From contig CALRQI020000005.1 of assembly GCA_943370275.1 (NCBI GenBank), positions 1,541 through 65,540 of the forward strand: 64,000 nt of DNA, given 5' to 3'. The position numbers were made by a program, and so were the translations under genes. Positions within the stretch are counted from its first letter, which is position 1. The number at the start of each line of letters is the position of its first letter. The notes under the pieces are model-generated. The model was given only the letters and a program-made list of their open reading frames with translations. It searched no databases and was not told where the DNA came from. This DNA comes from a bacterium Ga0077546. GTDB lineage: Bacteria; Cyanobacteriota; Vampirovibrionia; Obscuribacterales; Obscuribacteraceae. Shown here piece after piece: positions 37,528 through 46,452 of the stretch.

Positions 37528-38400
37528 ATGATCTCGATGACCCTTCAACCTAACTACAAAAAGGTCGCCCTGGCTCTCAGCCTCGTGGCAGCGATGTTCA
37601 GTAGTGCTAGCTCGCAAGCTATGGCCGCAGACAACGTAGACCTAGACCCCGAAGTCGAATCAAATGTTTGGGAAGAGAACGATCAAGAATGCGCTTCCGT
37701 TACTCTTAACGGTAAAGAACTCATCACCTATCGCGGAGAGACCCCTGCTGGCTCAGCAGAAGACCGCGCCGAAGATCTGGCCGATAGACTACAAGACCTA
37801 CTCAAAGGCGAAAAGCTCGACCCCTCTAAGCTAGTTCCCGCATGCGAAGGACAGCTAGCGGCAATTCGTGTAGATGGCAGCACTGTAGTGAAGCTCGAAG
37901 TGCCTGAGAGCAGTAAGTGTTCAGCCCTCGAATACAGCCTTAAGCTGGTCAACAGTATTCGCACCATTCTGGGTGCACAACAAATTCCAGCGAACTTCCT
38001 CAAGTTAGCTGAAAGCCAATCGCCAGAACAAGCACTGACAGCTTGCCTCAACCACACAGCTCTACCAAGCCTCAATATAGCTCCAGACAATTTTTCACCG
38101 AACTTCAGTGGTCATGCCTCATGGTATGGCGGCAAGTTCCACGGCCGCCGCACCTCCAATGGCGATCGCTTTGACATGCACGGCCTGACAGCCGCCCACC
38201 GCACACTACCCTTCGGCACCAAGCTTTTGGTTATGAACCGTCGCACCGGTGCTTCATGTGTAGTGCAAGTAAACGACCGCGGACCTTTTGTGGACGACCG
38301 CGTCATAGACCTTTCACGTGGCGCTGCTGAGAAGCTGAACATGCTCTCATCAGGCGTGGCCATGGTTGACTGCATGGTTATTAACCCCGCTGATCGCTAA
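37528..38400 (+). CDS. RlpA-like lytic transglycosylase (DPBB domain) with an N-terminal extension
   Basis: Signal peptide. C-terminal block SGHASWYGGKFHGRRTSNGDRFDMHGLTAAHRTLPFGTKLLVMN...VVQVNDRGPFVDDRVIDLS. Confidence 0.88.
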   Translation: MISMTLQPNYKKVALALSLVAAMFSSASSQAMAADNVDLDPEVESNVWEENDQECASVTLNGKELITYRGETPAGSAEDRAEDLADRLQDLLKGEKLDPSKLVPACEGQLAAIRVDGSTVVKLEVPESSKCSALEYSLKLVNSIRTILGAQQIPANFLKLAESQSPEQALTACLNHTALPSLNIAPDNFSPNFSGHASWYGGKFHGRRTSNGDRFDMHGLTAAHRTLPFGTKLLVMNRRTGASCVVQVNDRGPFVDDRVIDLSRGAAEKLNMLSSGVAMVDCMVINPADR

Positions 38401-38402
38401 GT

Positions 38403-38446
38403 GATGCGCTAGTTTGCGCTAGATTTGCGGTAGCCTAGCGCTAGAA
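38403..38446. repeat. Phased direct repeats of TGCGCTAG-like motifs
   Basis: TGCGCTAGTT / TGCGCTAGATT / TGCGGTAGCC / TAGCGCTAGAAG at 10-11-nt spacing. It includes the 10-bp palindrome CTAGCGCTAG (38435-38444) and lies between rlpA-like and gltX. Confidence 0.6.
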
Positions 38447-38498
38447 GTGTAAAGCACGTCAAGAGCTAAAGCTTGTTCAGCCGAACCTTAGTGCTAAA

Positions 38499-39962
38499 AT
38501 GCCTCTGGTTATGAAAACGGATGTCCGAGTTCGAATAGCGCCAAGCCCAACAGGCAATTTGCATGTTGGTACTGCTCGCACAGCTCTTTACAATTACTTG
38601 TACGCCAAGAGACATAACGGCACCTTTATTCTTCGCCTTGAAGACACCGACGAAGAACGCTCAAAAGAGACTTACACCAAAGACATCATCGATGGTTTGA
38701 AGTGGTTAGGTTTGAACTGGGATGAAGGTCTCGATACTGGTGGCCCGTATGCACCATACCGCCAGACTGAAAAGATTGACCACTACAGCACCATGGCCAA
38801 TCACTTGATCAGCAGTGGCAAAGCCTATTTGTGCTATGCCACCCAAGAAGAATTGGCCGCTCTCAAAGAAGAGCAAAAAGCAACCAATGCTGCCCCTCGC
38901 TATGACAATCGCGGCAGAGAAACTAGCGCTGAACAGGCTAAGCAATTTGAAGAAGAAGGACGCATCCCCTCGGTTCGCTTCATCGTAGAAGAACCACAGG
39001 TGGTGTCGTGGCACGATCACATCAAAGGTGAAATTGCCATTGACACGTCAGACCTGGGCGGCGACATGGTGATAGTAAAATCTAACGGAGTCGCCATCTA
39101 CAACTTCGCCGTTGTCATCGACGATATCGACATGAAAATGACCCATGTCATTCGTGGCGAAGACCACATTCACAACACCGCCAAGCAACTGCTGATCTAT
39201 GAGGCCATGAATCAAAAGGCCCCAGAATTCGCCCATGCACCTTTGATATTTGATATAGAACATCAGAAGCTCTCCAAGCGCAAACACGGCGAAACCGTGC
39301 ACATTGATTATTACCGCGCCCAGGGCTACATGCCTGAAGCCATCGTCAACTATCTAGCGCAGATGAGCTTTACCCACCCAGAAGGCAAAGAAATCTACGA
39401 CCTTGAAGAAGCTGCCGCAGTCTTCGATTTAGACAAAGTTTCGAAAAGCCCAGCGGTATTCGATGTTGCCAGGCTAAATTGGTTCAACAGTCACTACATT
39501 CGCAGCCTGCCTCTAGACTTAATTGTCGAGAGAGCAACGCCATTTCTCACCGCCTACGATACCAGCACTTATTCAGCAGCACAGCTTGCTGCCATAGTAG
39601 CCTCAGTGCGAGACGGTCTAACCACACTGTCTGAGCTAACTGCAGCAGTCAAATTCTACTTTGACCCACTATCTATCCCCGCTGAAGTAGCTCAAGACGT
39701 ACTAAGCTCTGATAACGCCAAGAAAGTTCTCAACACCATGTTAGATGCCCTTGGCACAATGCCATGGGACGACCATCAAGGATGTAAAAAGGCGGTAGAC
39801 GCCTTCGGTAAAGAAATTTCCCTCAAAGGAAAAGAACTCTACTGGCCCGTTCGAGCCGCCTTATCCGGAAAAACTCAAGGTCCAGACCTGGGTTCAATTA
39901 TTTCAATACTAGGCGCCGAGCGAGTAAAATCCCGTCTGGAAGCGGCCCTGACTCACAAGTAA
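38499..39962 (+). CDS. gltX: Glutamate--tRNA ligase
   Basis: HIGH-type motif PSPTGNLHVGTAR and KLSKRK (KMSKS). The start may be the ATG at 38511. Confidence 0.96.
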   Translation: MPLVMKTDVRVRIAPSPTGNLHVGTARTALYNYLYAKRHNGTFILRLEDTDEERSKETYTKDIIDGLKWLGLNWDEGLDTGGPYAPYRQTEKIDHYSTMANHLISSGKAYLCYATQEELAALKEEQKATNAAPRYDNRGRETSAEQAKQFEEEGRIPSVRFIVEEPQVVSWHDHIKGEIAIDTSDLGGDMVIVKSNGVAIYNFAVVIDDIDMKMTHVIRGEDHIHNTAKQLLIYEAMNQKAPEFAHAPLIFDIEHQKLSKRKHGETVHIDYYRAQGYMPEAIVNYLAQMSFTHPEGKEIYDLEEAAAVFDLDKVSKSPAVFDVARLNWFNSHYIRSLPLDLIVERATPFLTAYDTSTYSAAQLAAIVASVRDGLTTLSELTAAVKFYFDPLSIPAEVAQDVLSSDNAKKVLNTMLDALGTMPWDDHQGCKKAVDAFGKEISLKGKELYWPVRAALSGKTQGPDLGSIISILGAERVKSRLEAALTHK

Positions 39963-39974
39963 GCAGCTAAATCT

Positions 39975-41390
39975 ATGAATAAGATTCAAGTCTTCAATAC
40001 TCTTTCCGGCACGAAAGAAGAATTTGTTCCACTGCAGGACAACGTCGTCAGAATGTACGCCTGCGGCCCAACCGTCTATGATTTGAGCCACCTCGGTCAT
40101 GCCCGCATGGCCATAGTCTGGGATGTAGTGCAACGCTATCTGCGCTTTGTCGGCTACGACGTTATCTATGTGCGCAATATCACCGATGTCGATGACAAAA
40201 TCATCAAGCGCGCCAAAGAGTTAGGTATTACACCAGAGAAGCTCTCACGCCAATACACCTATGCCTTCTGGCACGACATGCACTCACTCAATGTCGAATC
40301 ACCAGATTTCGAGCCAAGAGCGACCGAGTACATCACCCAGATGATTGCCTTCACCCAGGGTCTGATTGATGGTGGCCATGCCTATGAAGCTGGTGGCGAT
40401 GTCTATTTTGACGTGGCTTCTTTCAAAGACTATGGCAAATTAGGCAAGCAAAACTTAGAGCAACTGCTAGTGGGCTCGCGCGAGCAAGCTGTGGCTCAAG
40501 AAACCCTGGCCCACTTGAAAAAGAGCCCGGTTGATTTTGCCTTGTGGAAGTCTGCCGATGCTAGTGAACTGGGTTGGCCTAGCCCATGGGGCAGAGGCCG
40601 TCCGGGCTGGCACCTGGAATGCTCAGCCATGGTCAAGCGCATACTGGGCGAAACCATCGACATTCACTGCGGAGGAGAAGACCTTGTTTTCCCTCACCAT
40701 GAAAACGAAATCGCTCAGTCAGAAGCTCTACATGGCCAACCCATGGCACGCTATTGGCTGCACAATAGCTTTGTGCAAACCAATTCAGAGAAAATGGCCA
40801 AGTCACTGGGCAATTTCAAAACTATTAGAGACTTGCTGGCAACATTTTCGGCCGATACCATTCGCCTCTTTATTCTGCAATCGCATTATCGAAATCCGAT
40901 TGACTTCACCATTGAAAGCTTGCAGGCCACCAGCACGGGAATTCAACGCTTGCTGCGAGCCGCCAGTTTCGAACACGGATTAAATGAGAATGAAGCTGTT
41001 GCCCCGAGCGAGGCGGCACAAAAAACTGCTGACACATTCAAAGATGAATTTGCCTCAGCCATGAACAACGACTTTAATACAGCTATTGCCATTTCGCATC
41101 TCTATCAGTTGGCAGATGGCATCACTCAGACCAAATCAGCAGCCGATAAGCAGTATCTAGCCAGCACTCTGGTTCACTATGCCAAAGTATTAGGCTTGAC
41201 CATGACTGACACAAGACAAGAGTTAGACACCGCCACCGGTGCAAAGTTAATCGACTTGATTCTTACCTTGCGCAAAGAAGCACGAGAAAGAAAAGACTAT
41301 GCCTCCTCAGATCTGATTCGCAAGAGTCTGACTGAAATTGGCGTAAATGTTATGGACAGCGCCGATGGAGCTACTTGGGAAAAGATATAG
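39975..41390 (+). CDS. cysS: Cysteine--tRNA ligase
   Basis: CGPTVYDLSHLGHAR and KMAKSLGN motifs. Confidence 0.96.
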   Translation: MNKIQVFNTLSGTKEEFVPLQDNVVRMYACGPTVYDLSHLGHARMAIVWDVVQRYLRFVGYDVIYVRNITDVDDKIIKRAKELGITPEKLSRQYTYAFWHDMHSLNVESPDFEPRATEYITQMIAFTQGLIDGGHAYEAGGDVYFDVASFKDYGKLGKQNLEQLLVGSREQAVAQETLAHLKKSPVDFALWKSADASELGWPSPWGRGRPGWHLECSAMVKRILGETIDIHCGGEDLVFPHHENEIAQSEALHGQPMARYWLHNSFVQTNSEKMAKSLGNFKTIRDLLATFSADTIRLFILQSHYRNPIDFTIESLQATSTGIQRLLRAASFEHGLNENEAVAPSEAAQKTADTFKDEFASAMNNDFNTAIAISHLYQLADGITQTKSAADKQYLASTLVHYAKVLGLTMTDTRQELDTATGAKLIDLILTLRKEARERKDYASSDLIRKSLTEIGVNVMDSADGATWEKI

Positions 41391-41421
41391 ATTTACAGCA
41401 ATCTCTTAGCTAAACTTGTGG

Positions 41422-41670
41422 CTAACTTGGACGCGGGCCCCAGTAGCTGCAAGCGTTGCATTTCACCATGTTATCGGTGACTGTCCAGTCGCAGGCCGAA
41501 ATACAAGTTTTCGACGACCGCAGCTTCACTTCCACTTCGAACGGCCCTTCGATTAAGGTTCTAAAAATTTGTTCGCAGAAAGAACATCTCATTACCTGAT
41601 AATTGCCCTCGATACCGAGTACCGGCCCGTAATGCTTGCTGCCGCATAATTTTAAGTCGAAATCGTCCAA
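41422..41670 (-). CDS. Small Cys-rich (zinc-ribbon-like) protein
   Basis: 82 aa with CSFC...CNAC pairs plus three further Cys. It lies immediately downstream of the glycosylation operon on the same strand. Confidence 0.5.
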   Translation of the reverse strand: MDDFDLKLCGSKHYGPVLGIEGNYQVMRCSFCEQIFRTLIEGPFEVEVKLRSSKTCISACDWTVTDNMVKCNACSYWGPRPS

Positions 41671-41737
41671 AGAGCTTTCCTGATTGCGCTAAAACTAAAT
41701 TGTATTGGCACAGCTCAAGTTTGGCTAGCACCGAGAT

Positions 41738-43441
41738 TTACTTCGGGTCTTTACTGTGACGCTCATAAACGTTATAGCGATAATTCCAATCGGCAAATTC
41801 TTTAGCACCGACGCAGCGTGAGTGATAGCGGGCCTCGCCCTGGCATTCATATTCAGCCAAAATTCGACCAATAATGCCAGCCTTTTCTAAACCATCGAAG
41901 GTCTGACCGCCTTCAACCACAATTACACCCGGTCGATTTCTATCAATATCGCTGCGCAACCGATCGAACATCATTTTCTTCGTGGCAGCAATCCAACCAA
42001 AGGGCTTGCCGACCATGTGATCCGCTAAATTATGAGCCTCGATATTTGCCAATGAGCTAAAAGCCTCAGTACTGATGAAATAGCCAGCAATTGGTTTCTC
42101 TGCCAGAGTATAGAGAGGAAAACCAGGCAGCAGTCGGCCATTGAGAATCATAATCGAATCGCCAGGCTGACAATATTTAGGAAAAACATCAGCCAATTCA
42201 ATATAAGTTGGATCGATCGCATTTGGCCCTGTCAAACAATTAACGTTATCACGGCGCTGCATTATCTCAAGAGAAATTAGAGTCAAGATAGCAATAGAAC
42301 AGGCAACCGCAAGAGAGACTGACTGCACCCTAGGCAGGCGACTATAGGAGAGCTTAGGATAACGTCGAGAGATGCTAGAGAAGAAACTACTCTCAAGCAA
42401 ATATAAAAACTGCACAGAAAAGCACATGCAAGTAGCCCAAATCACTAGCAAGATGTCGCTACTCAAGCCGCTCATGCCCATTTGATAGAGAACAAAGCCG
42501 GCCATCATCAATGCCATAATAGGTCGCAATGAAGGCAGACGATTAACAATACCAAAGCTGACAATGGCTGCTGCCGTGCAGGCATAAATCACATCACGAC
42601 GGTCAGGGGTGGCGCCCAGGCCAAAATAAGCAATTTGATCTAAATAGTAGCTGGTAATTTTAAGAGGAATGATCCAATCGAAAAGCTCTTTGAGAGCAGC
42701 TTGATTGAGCTGCAACAAATAAGACCAGGAGAGGAGAAATGAGATTAAAAGCCAAAAGAACTCATCTGCAACTGAGTTTGCTTTACCAAGTAAACGGAGA
42801 CTAAGAAATTCTGCCGCCTCAATTGTAATGGGCACGATTATAAACAGCGGATCTAGAGAAGCAGCAAAACCAGCAAGAATTCCAGCGAAAAAGCCAGGCC
42901 AGTGATTACTAGTTTTGCTCAAACTAACGCCAGGCGAAAGCCAGGCAGTGAGACGCAAGAAAAAGTATGGGCTTAGCAGCAAGCTAAAGATATGCTGAGC
43001 GCAACCATAAGAGAAACCCATAGCAAAATTAGCTATCGAAAAGCCAATCAGGGCAAACCACAATTGCATTTGTCTGCGCTGCTCTAACCTGCTGGTGACA
43101 ATTATATAGATACAAAGAGCAAACGAAAGCGTCGCCAGTAGTGACACTTCAACAAATGAAGCTAAAGCAATGGCATTGAAAGGGAGCACAGCAGCGCTGC
43201 TGTGGGCTGAAAGCAACTGAGCCAACAAAACAGCTGGCATACGCAAGAAAACAAGAGTGAGTGGTGCATCAAAATAGAAATCACGAAAGGGAACTTGACC
43301 ATGAAGCATGCGATTGGCCGCTTCTATTTCGTAACAGATCGAACCAGCAAGATCATCCAGAAAAAAGGCTCGAACAACTATGCTCAGGGCAAAAACAGCC
43401 AGAGCAGTGCAAACTACAAATAAATTTTGCTTACTAGTCAT
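41738..43441 (-). CDS. GT-C-like polytopic membrane protein with a C-terminal globular domain, paralog 1
   Basis: 567 aa with about 11 TM. The first-loop motif is HGQVPFRDFYFDAPL. It overlaps the upstream gene stop by 8 nt. Confidence 0.85.
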   Translation of the reverse strand: MTSKQNLFVVCTALAVFALSIVVRAFFLDDLAGSICYEIEAANRMLHGQVPFRDFYFDAPLTLVFLRMPAVLLAQLLSAHSSAAVLPFNAIALASFVEVSLLATLSFALCIYIIVTSRLEQRRQMQLWFALIGFSIANFAMGFSYGCAQHIFSLLLSPYFFLRLTAWLSPGVSLSKTSNHWPGFFAGILAGFAASLDPLFIIVPITIEAAEFLSLRLLGKANSVADEFFWLLISFLLSWSYLLQLNQAALKELFDWIIPLKITSYYLDQIAYFGLGATPDRRDVIYACTAAAIVSFGIVNRLPSLRPIMALMMAGFVLYQMGMSGLSSDILLVIWATCMCFSVQFLYLLESSFFSSISRRYPKLSYSRLPRVQSVSLAVACSIAILTLISLEIMQRRDNVNCLTGPNAIDPTYIELADVFPKYCQPGDSIMILNGRLLPGFPLYTLAEKPIAGYFISTEAFSSLANIEAHNLADHMVGKPFGWIAATKKMMFDRLRSDIDRNRPGVIVVEGGQTFDGLEKAGIIGRILAEYECQGEARYHSRCVGAKEFADWNYRYNVYERHSKDPK

Positions 43442-45113
43442 TACGCTTATAAATACTTATGCCGCCTTTCTCATCTATTTTTTTGTAGTTAGCCATGCGC
43501 GTATTGATAAAATCAACATCGCCGAAAACCCAACTCATAGGATTGTCTTGAATGTAAATTAGCTTCGGTCTATTTTTCTCAATATCCTCTGTATACCAGT
43601 CAATAACTTGCTTCTTGTAGCCCTTAAATTTCTCCTTGGCCCTGGCATCAAGCTCCGGTTTATCAATAATGAACGACAATATGGGCAGCATCATGCCGTG
43701 CAAAAATCGCGAAGCGGCCTTTCTTTCAGTCTGCAAAAGCACTGGATAGCCAGGAGCCATTGAGGCACAAATAAACAGAACAAAGTCGCCCTTACTGCTA
43801 TGTTCTAAGCACGAGCCAACAAACCAGTCCATGTCATCTACAGAGCCCATACCCCATTCAGGGTATCCGACCTGCACCAGGGGGTACGGTTGTCGGTTGC
43901 GCATCTCTTCGTCTTCACCTACTTGCACCGAATTCAAATAGATGCCACCACCAATAACAGAAGCAGCCGCCACAGCAACCGCCATGCCTGTCAATTTAGG
44001 TCGCCCCAAACCAATTGCCTTAAGCGGCAATAGCTGGTAGAGCAAAGCAGCTTCTACGGCAAGTGCCATGGTGTTTCCCATGCGCACAGCAATCATGTGG
44101 CAAGACCAGGCCTGACCGGCAAGAACAAAAACCACCGCCGACATAAACGAAAAAGCACAAAGTGCCAAAGGCAAGCTCGACGACTGAGCCAAGACTACAG
44201 CTAACAAAGAGGCAAGGGCTAAAAGAAGAAAATCAATTCGCCAAAAACTGGCCATATTGAATATGGGCGAAGTGACGTAATACTCGTAGCCTTCTTTATA
44301 GATTGGTACAACAAAATTGAAAAAGGCTCTTAGTTCTTGGGCTGGCAGGAAAATAAAATGCACAAGATAGACAGCAATCACCGCTACTGCAGCCAACACC
44401 TCAGGCGCAATGAAAGGTTTAAACTGACGCGTGCGCAGCCACCAAACAATTTCCGGTGCAGTAGCCATCAGCATAAAGTGCGGCTTAAGCGCAAGACCAA
44501 TACCGGCCAAAACTCCAGCAGCAATGCAAGGCCAACGACCAAGCTTAACGCCTTGCCAGCGCAAATAACGCAGCAAGAGAAAAGGAGCATAAGTAATGCA
44601 GAAAATATGTTCTCTTTGGCCAAAGTCAAGGCGCTGAATCTGATTGAAATAAGCAAAACCAATCAAGGCACATACACCGAGCACAAGTGCCCCAGTGCGC
44701 CTTGCTGCCACAAGAACCCAAAGCACAATAAAGCAACTAAGAAATTCAAGTAGAGAAACATAAATGGAAAAACTCAGTGGTATCGGCATATGGCACAGGC
44801 GAGAAAGCAACACAGGCAAAACCTGAATATAGATAGCCAAAGGCGGATTAACATCGAACATGTCTACATAAGGCACTTTGCCTTCAAGGAGAAGCTGGGC
44901 CATATGAACAAACAGACCTTGATCACAAAAGATCAACATCGGATGAGCAAACCACCAGCGTAGAGCCATAACAAGAAGCACAAGAGTGAGGGAGCCAGCC
45001 GCCAACAAGACCACAATCGACAAATCGCTAGGCATGGGCTGACCGTCTACATTCTTGTAATCGTGCAGCTCTTGCTGTTCAAGCTCATTTGCTTCTTCGC
45101 CTAGCAAGGCCAT
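43434..45113 (-). CDS. GT-C-like polytopic membrane protein with a C-terminal globular domain, paralog 2
   Basis: The loop motif is CDQGLFVHMAQLLLEGKVPYVDMFDVNPPL. The ATG at 45113 lies 1 nt after the upstream stop. The ORF track extension to 45206 would overlap the upstream gene by 92 nt. Confidence 0.85.
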   Translation of the reverse strand: MALLGEEANELEQQELHDYKNVDGQPMPSDLSIVVLLAAGSLTLVLLVMALRWWFAHPMLIFCDQGLFVHMAQLLLEGKVPYVDMFDVNPPLAIYIQVLPVLLSRLCHMPIPLSFSIYVSLLEFLSCFIVLWVLVAARRTGALVLGVCALIGFAYFNQIQRLDFGQREHIFCITYAPFLLLRYLRWQGVKLGRWPCIAAGVLAGIGLALKPHFMLMATAPEIVWWLRTRQFKPFIAPEVLAAVAVIAVYLVHFIFLPAQELRAFFNFVVPIYKEGYEYYVTSPIFNMASFWRIDFLLLALASLLAVVLAQSSSLPLALCAFSFMSAVVFVLAGQAWSCHMIAVRMGNTMALAVEAALLYQLLPLKAIGLGRPKLTGMAVAVAAASVIGGGIYLNSVQVGEDEEMRNRQPYPLVQVGYPEWGMGSVDDMDWFVGSCLEHSSKGDFVLFICASMAPGYPVLLQTERKAASRFLHGMMLPILSFIIDKPELDARAKEKFKGYKKQVIDWYTEDIEKNRPKLIYIQDNPMSWVFGDVDFINTRMANYKKIDEKGGISIYKRND

Positions 45114-45114
45114 G

Positions 45115-45708
45115 CTAAGCACTCCAAAGGTCGATATTGTATTGCTTGGTACAGATGGCATCCATAACAATGTCATCGGCAGCCATCTGTTTTTTGTAGG
45201 CCGCAATATCCTCAGGCCGACCTTGAAGTTCAGGCGAAACCAGGCAGAGCTTGAAATTAGCTTCTTTCAAGCGTTTATAGTCTTTCTTATCTAGAGACAA
45301 ACGAGTGAAGCAATCAATCCAAACCCACTCAACTAAGCCCGAAAAGTTGAGAACCGTTTCTATGGTCTCAAACTCTGAATAACGCAGAGCAATGCGCTTC
45401 TCTCCGCGCTTAGTCAGATTGACAATCATGGGCAGGGATGAATCAAGGAAGAAATAGTTCTCGATTTTATACTTCTGCATCAAAGGCAAAATCGTCTCTT
45501 CTATGCGCTCGCTTTTAACATTCAAAATCAGAGTGCCATGATTGTTGTACTCAGCGAAGAAAGGCTCGGCATCCTCACCATCCTTAAAGGGGTCATGCTG
45601 TAAAATCAAACGTTCACCACGGTCACGCAAATCAATCTCGCAACCAAACTGAGCCGGAACCTGACGCAATGCTTCTAGTTGATTAATGCGATGGGCAATG
45701 AAGTGCAT
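45115..45708 (-). CDS. GDPD / PLC-like phosphodiesterase superfamily protein
   Basis: 197 aa. IAHRIN...GCEIDLRDRGERLILQHDP matches the HR...E.D...HD catalytic layout of glycerophosphodiester phosphodiesterases. Confidence 0.7.
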   Translation of the reverse strand: MHFIAHRINQLEALRQVPAQFGCEIDLRDRGERLILQHDPFKDGEDAEPFFAEYNNHGTLILNVKSERIEETILPLMQKYKIENYFFLDSSLPMIVNLTKRGEKRIALRYSEFETIETVLNFSGLVEWVWIDCFTRLSLDKKDYKRLKEANFKLCLVSPELQGRPEDIAAYKKQMAADDIVMDAICTKQYNIDLWSA

Positions 45709-46452
45709 TCAAATTTCCTTTGCTGAGTGACTAAGCGAGTGCTTCAGTTTGATACTAAAATCGATGGTGCGTTTGATGAATTTTACTTTCGACTTAAAGC
45801 CTGTGTTCCACTTAGACTCGCCGTGAATGCGGGGAGGAAAGACCACGTCAAAGCGGACGATATTGAGATTCTTTTGCCTGGCCATGTAATAGGCATACAG
45901 ATCTAAAGCAAAGTCATTGGGCGGCTGAGTCCACGACTGAAAGAAAGAACGATGAAAAATATTAGGCTGAGCATTGATATCCCAGAGATTGGTGCCCATG
46001 AAACAAGTCTCGAATAGACTCATGCCGCCGGTAAAAAACGAGTCAGATAGAGGTCTACCACGGCGCAAACCCTTAACGTAAATATCTTCAGGGTAGTTGG
46101 CTTGCCTAATTAGATCAATGGCTTTGACAATATCACTGGGATCGGTCTGCATATCGGCGTGAGTCCAACCGATATAATCACTCTGGCAAGCACGCAAACC
46201 TTCCAGTATGCCAAAGCCATAACCTTGATTAACAGGCACTCTTAGTGACCGGGCAAAAGAAAACTGTGGCAGCTGACTGGCTAAAGTAGCTGGGCTATCA
46301 TCAGTAGAGCCGTTATCAACTAAAAGTAGCTCAACTTGCGAACTATCATTGGCAGTGATTTTCTCAAAACGACTGAGAATCAGCGGAATATTTTTCGACT
46401 CGTTATAACATGGCATTACCACAGTAAAGGTCTGATTCTTTGAATTTGTCAT
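45709..46452 (-). CDS. Glycosyltransferase family 2, Dpm1/ArnC-like (polyprenyl-phosphate sugar synthase type)
   Basis: VVMPCYNESKNI, LLVDNGSTDDS and HADMQTDP motifs. No C-terminal TM. Confidence 0.88.
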   Translation of the reverse strand: MTNSKNQTFTVVMPCYNESKNIPLILSRFEKITANDSSQVELLLVDNGSTDDSPATLASQLPQFSFARSLRVPVNQGYGFGILEGLRACQSDYIGWTHADMQTDPSDIVKAIDLIRQANYPEDIYVKGLRRGRPLSDSFFTGGMSLFETCFMGTNLWDINAQPNIFHRSFFQSWTQPPNDFALDLYAYYMARQKNLNIVRFDVVFPPRIHGESKWNTGFKSKVKFIKRTIDFSIKLKHSLSHSAKEI

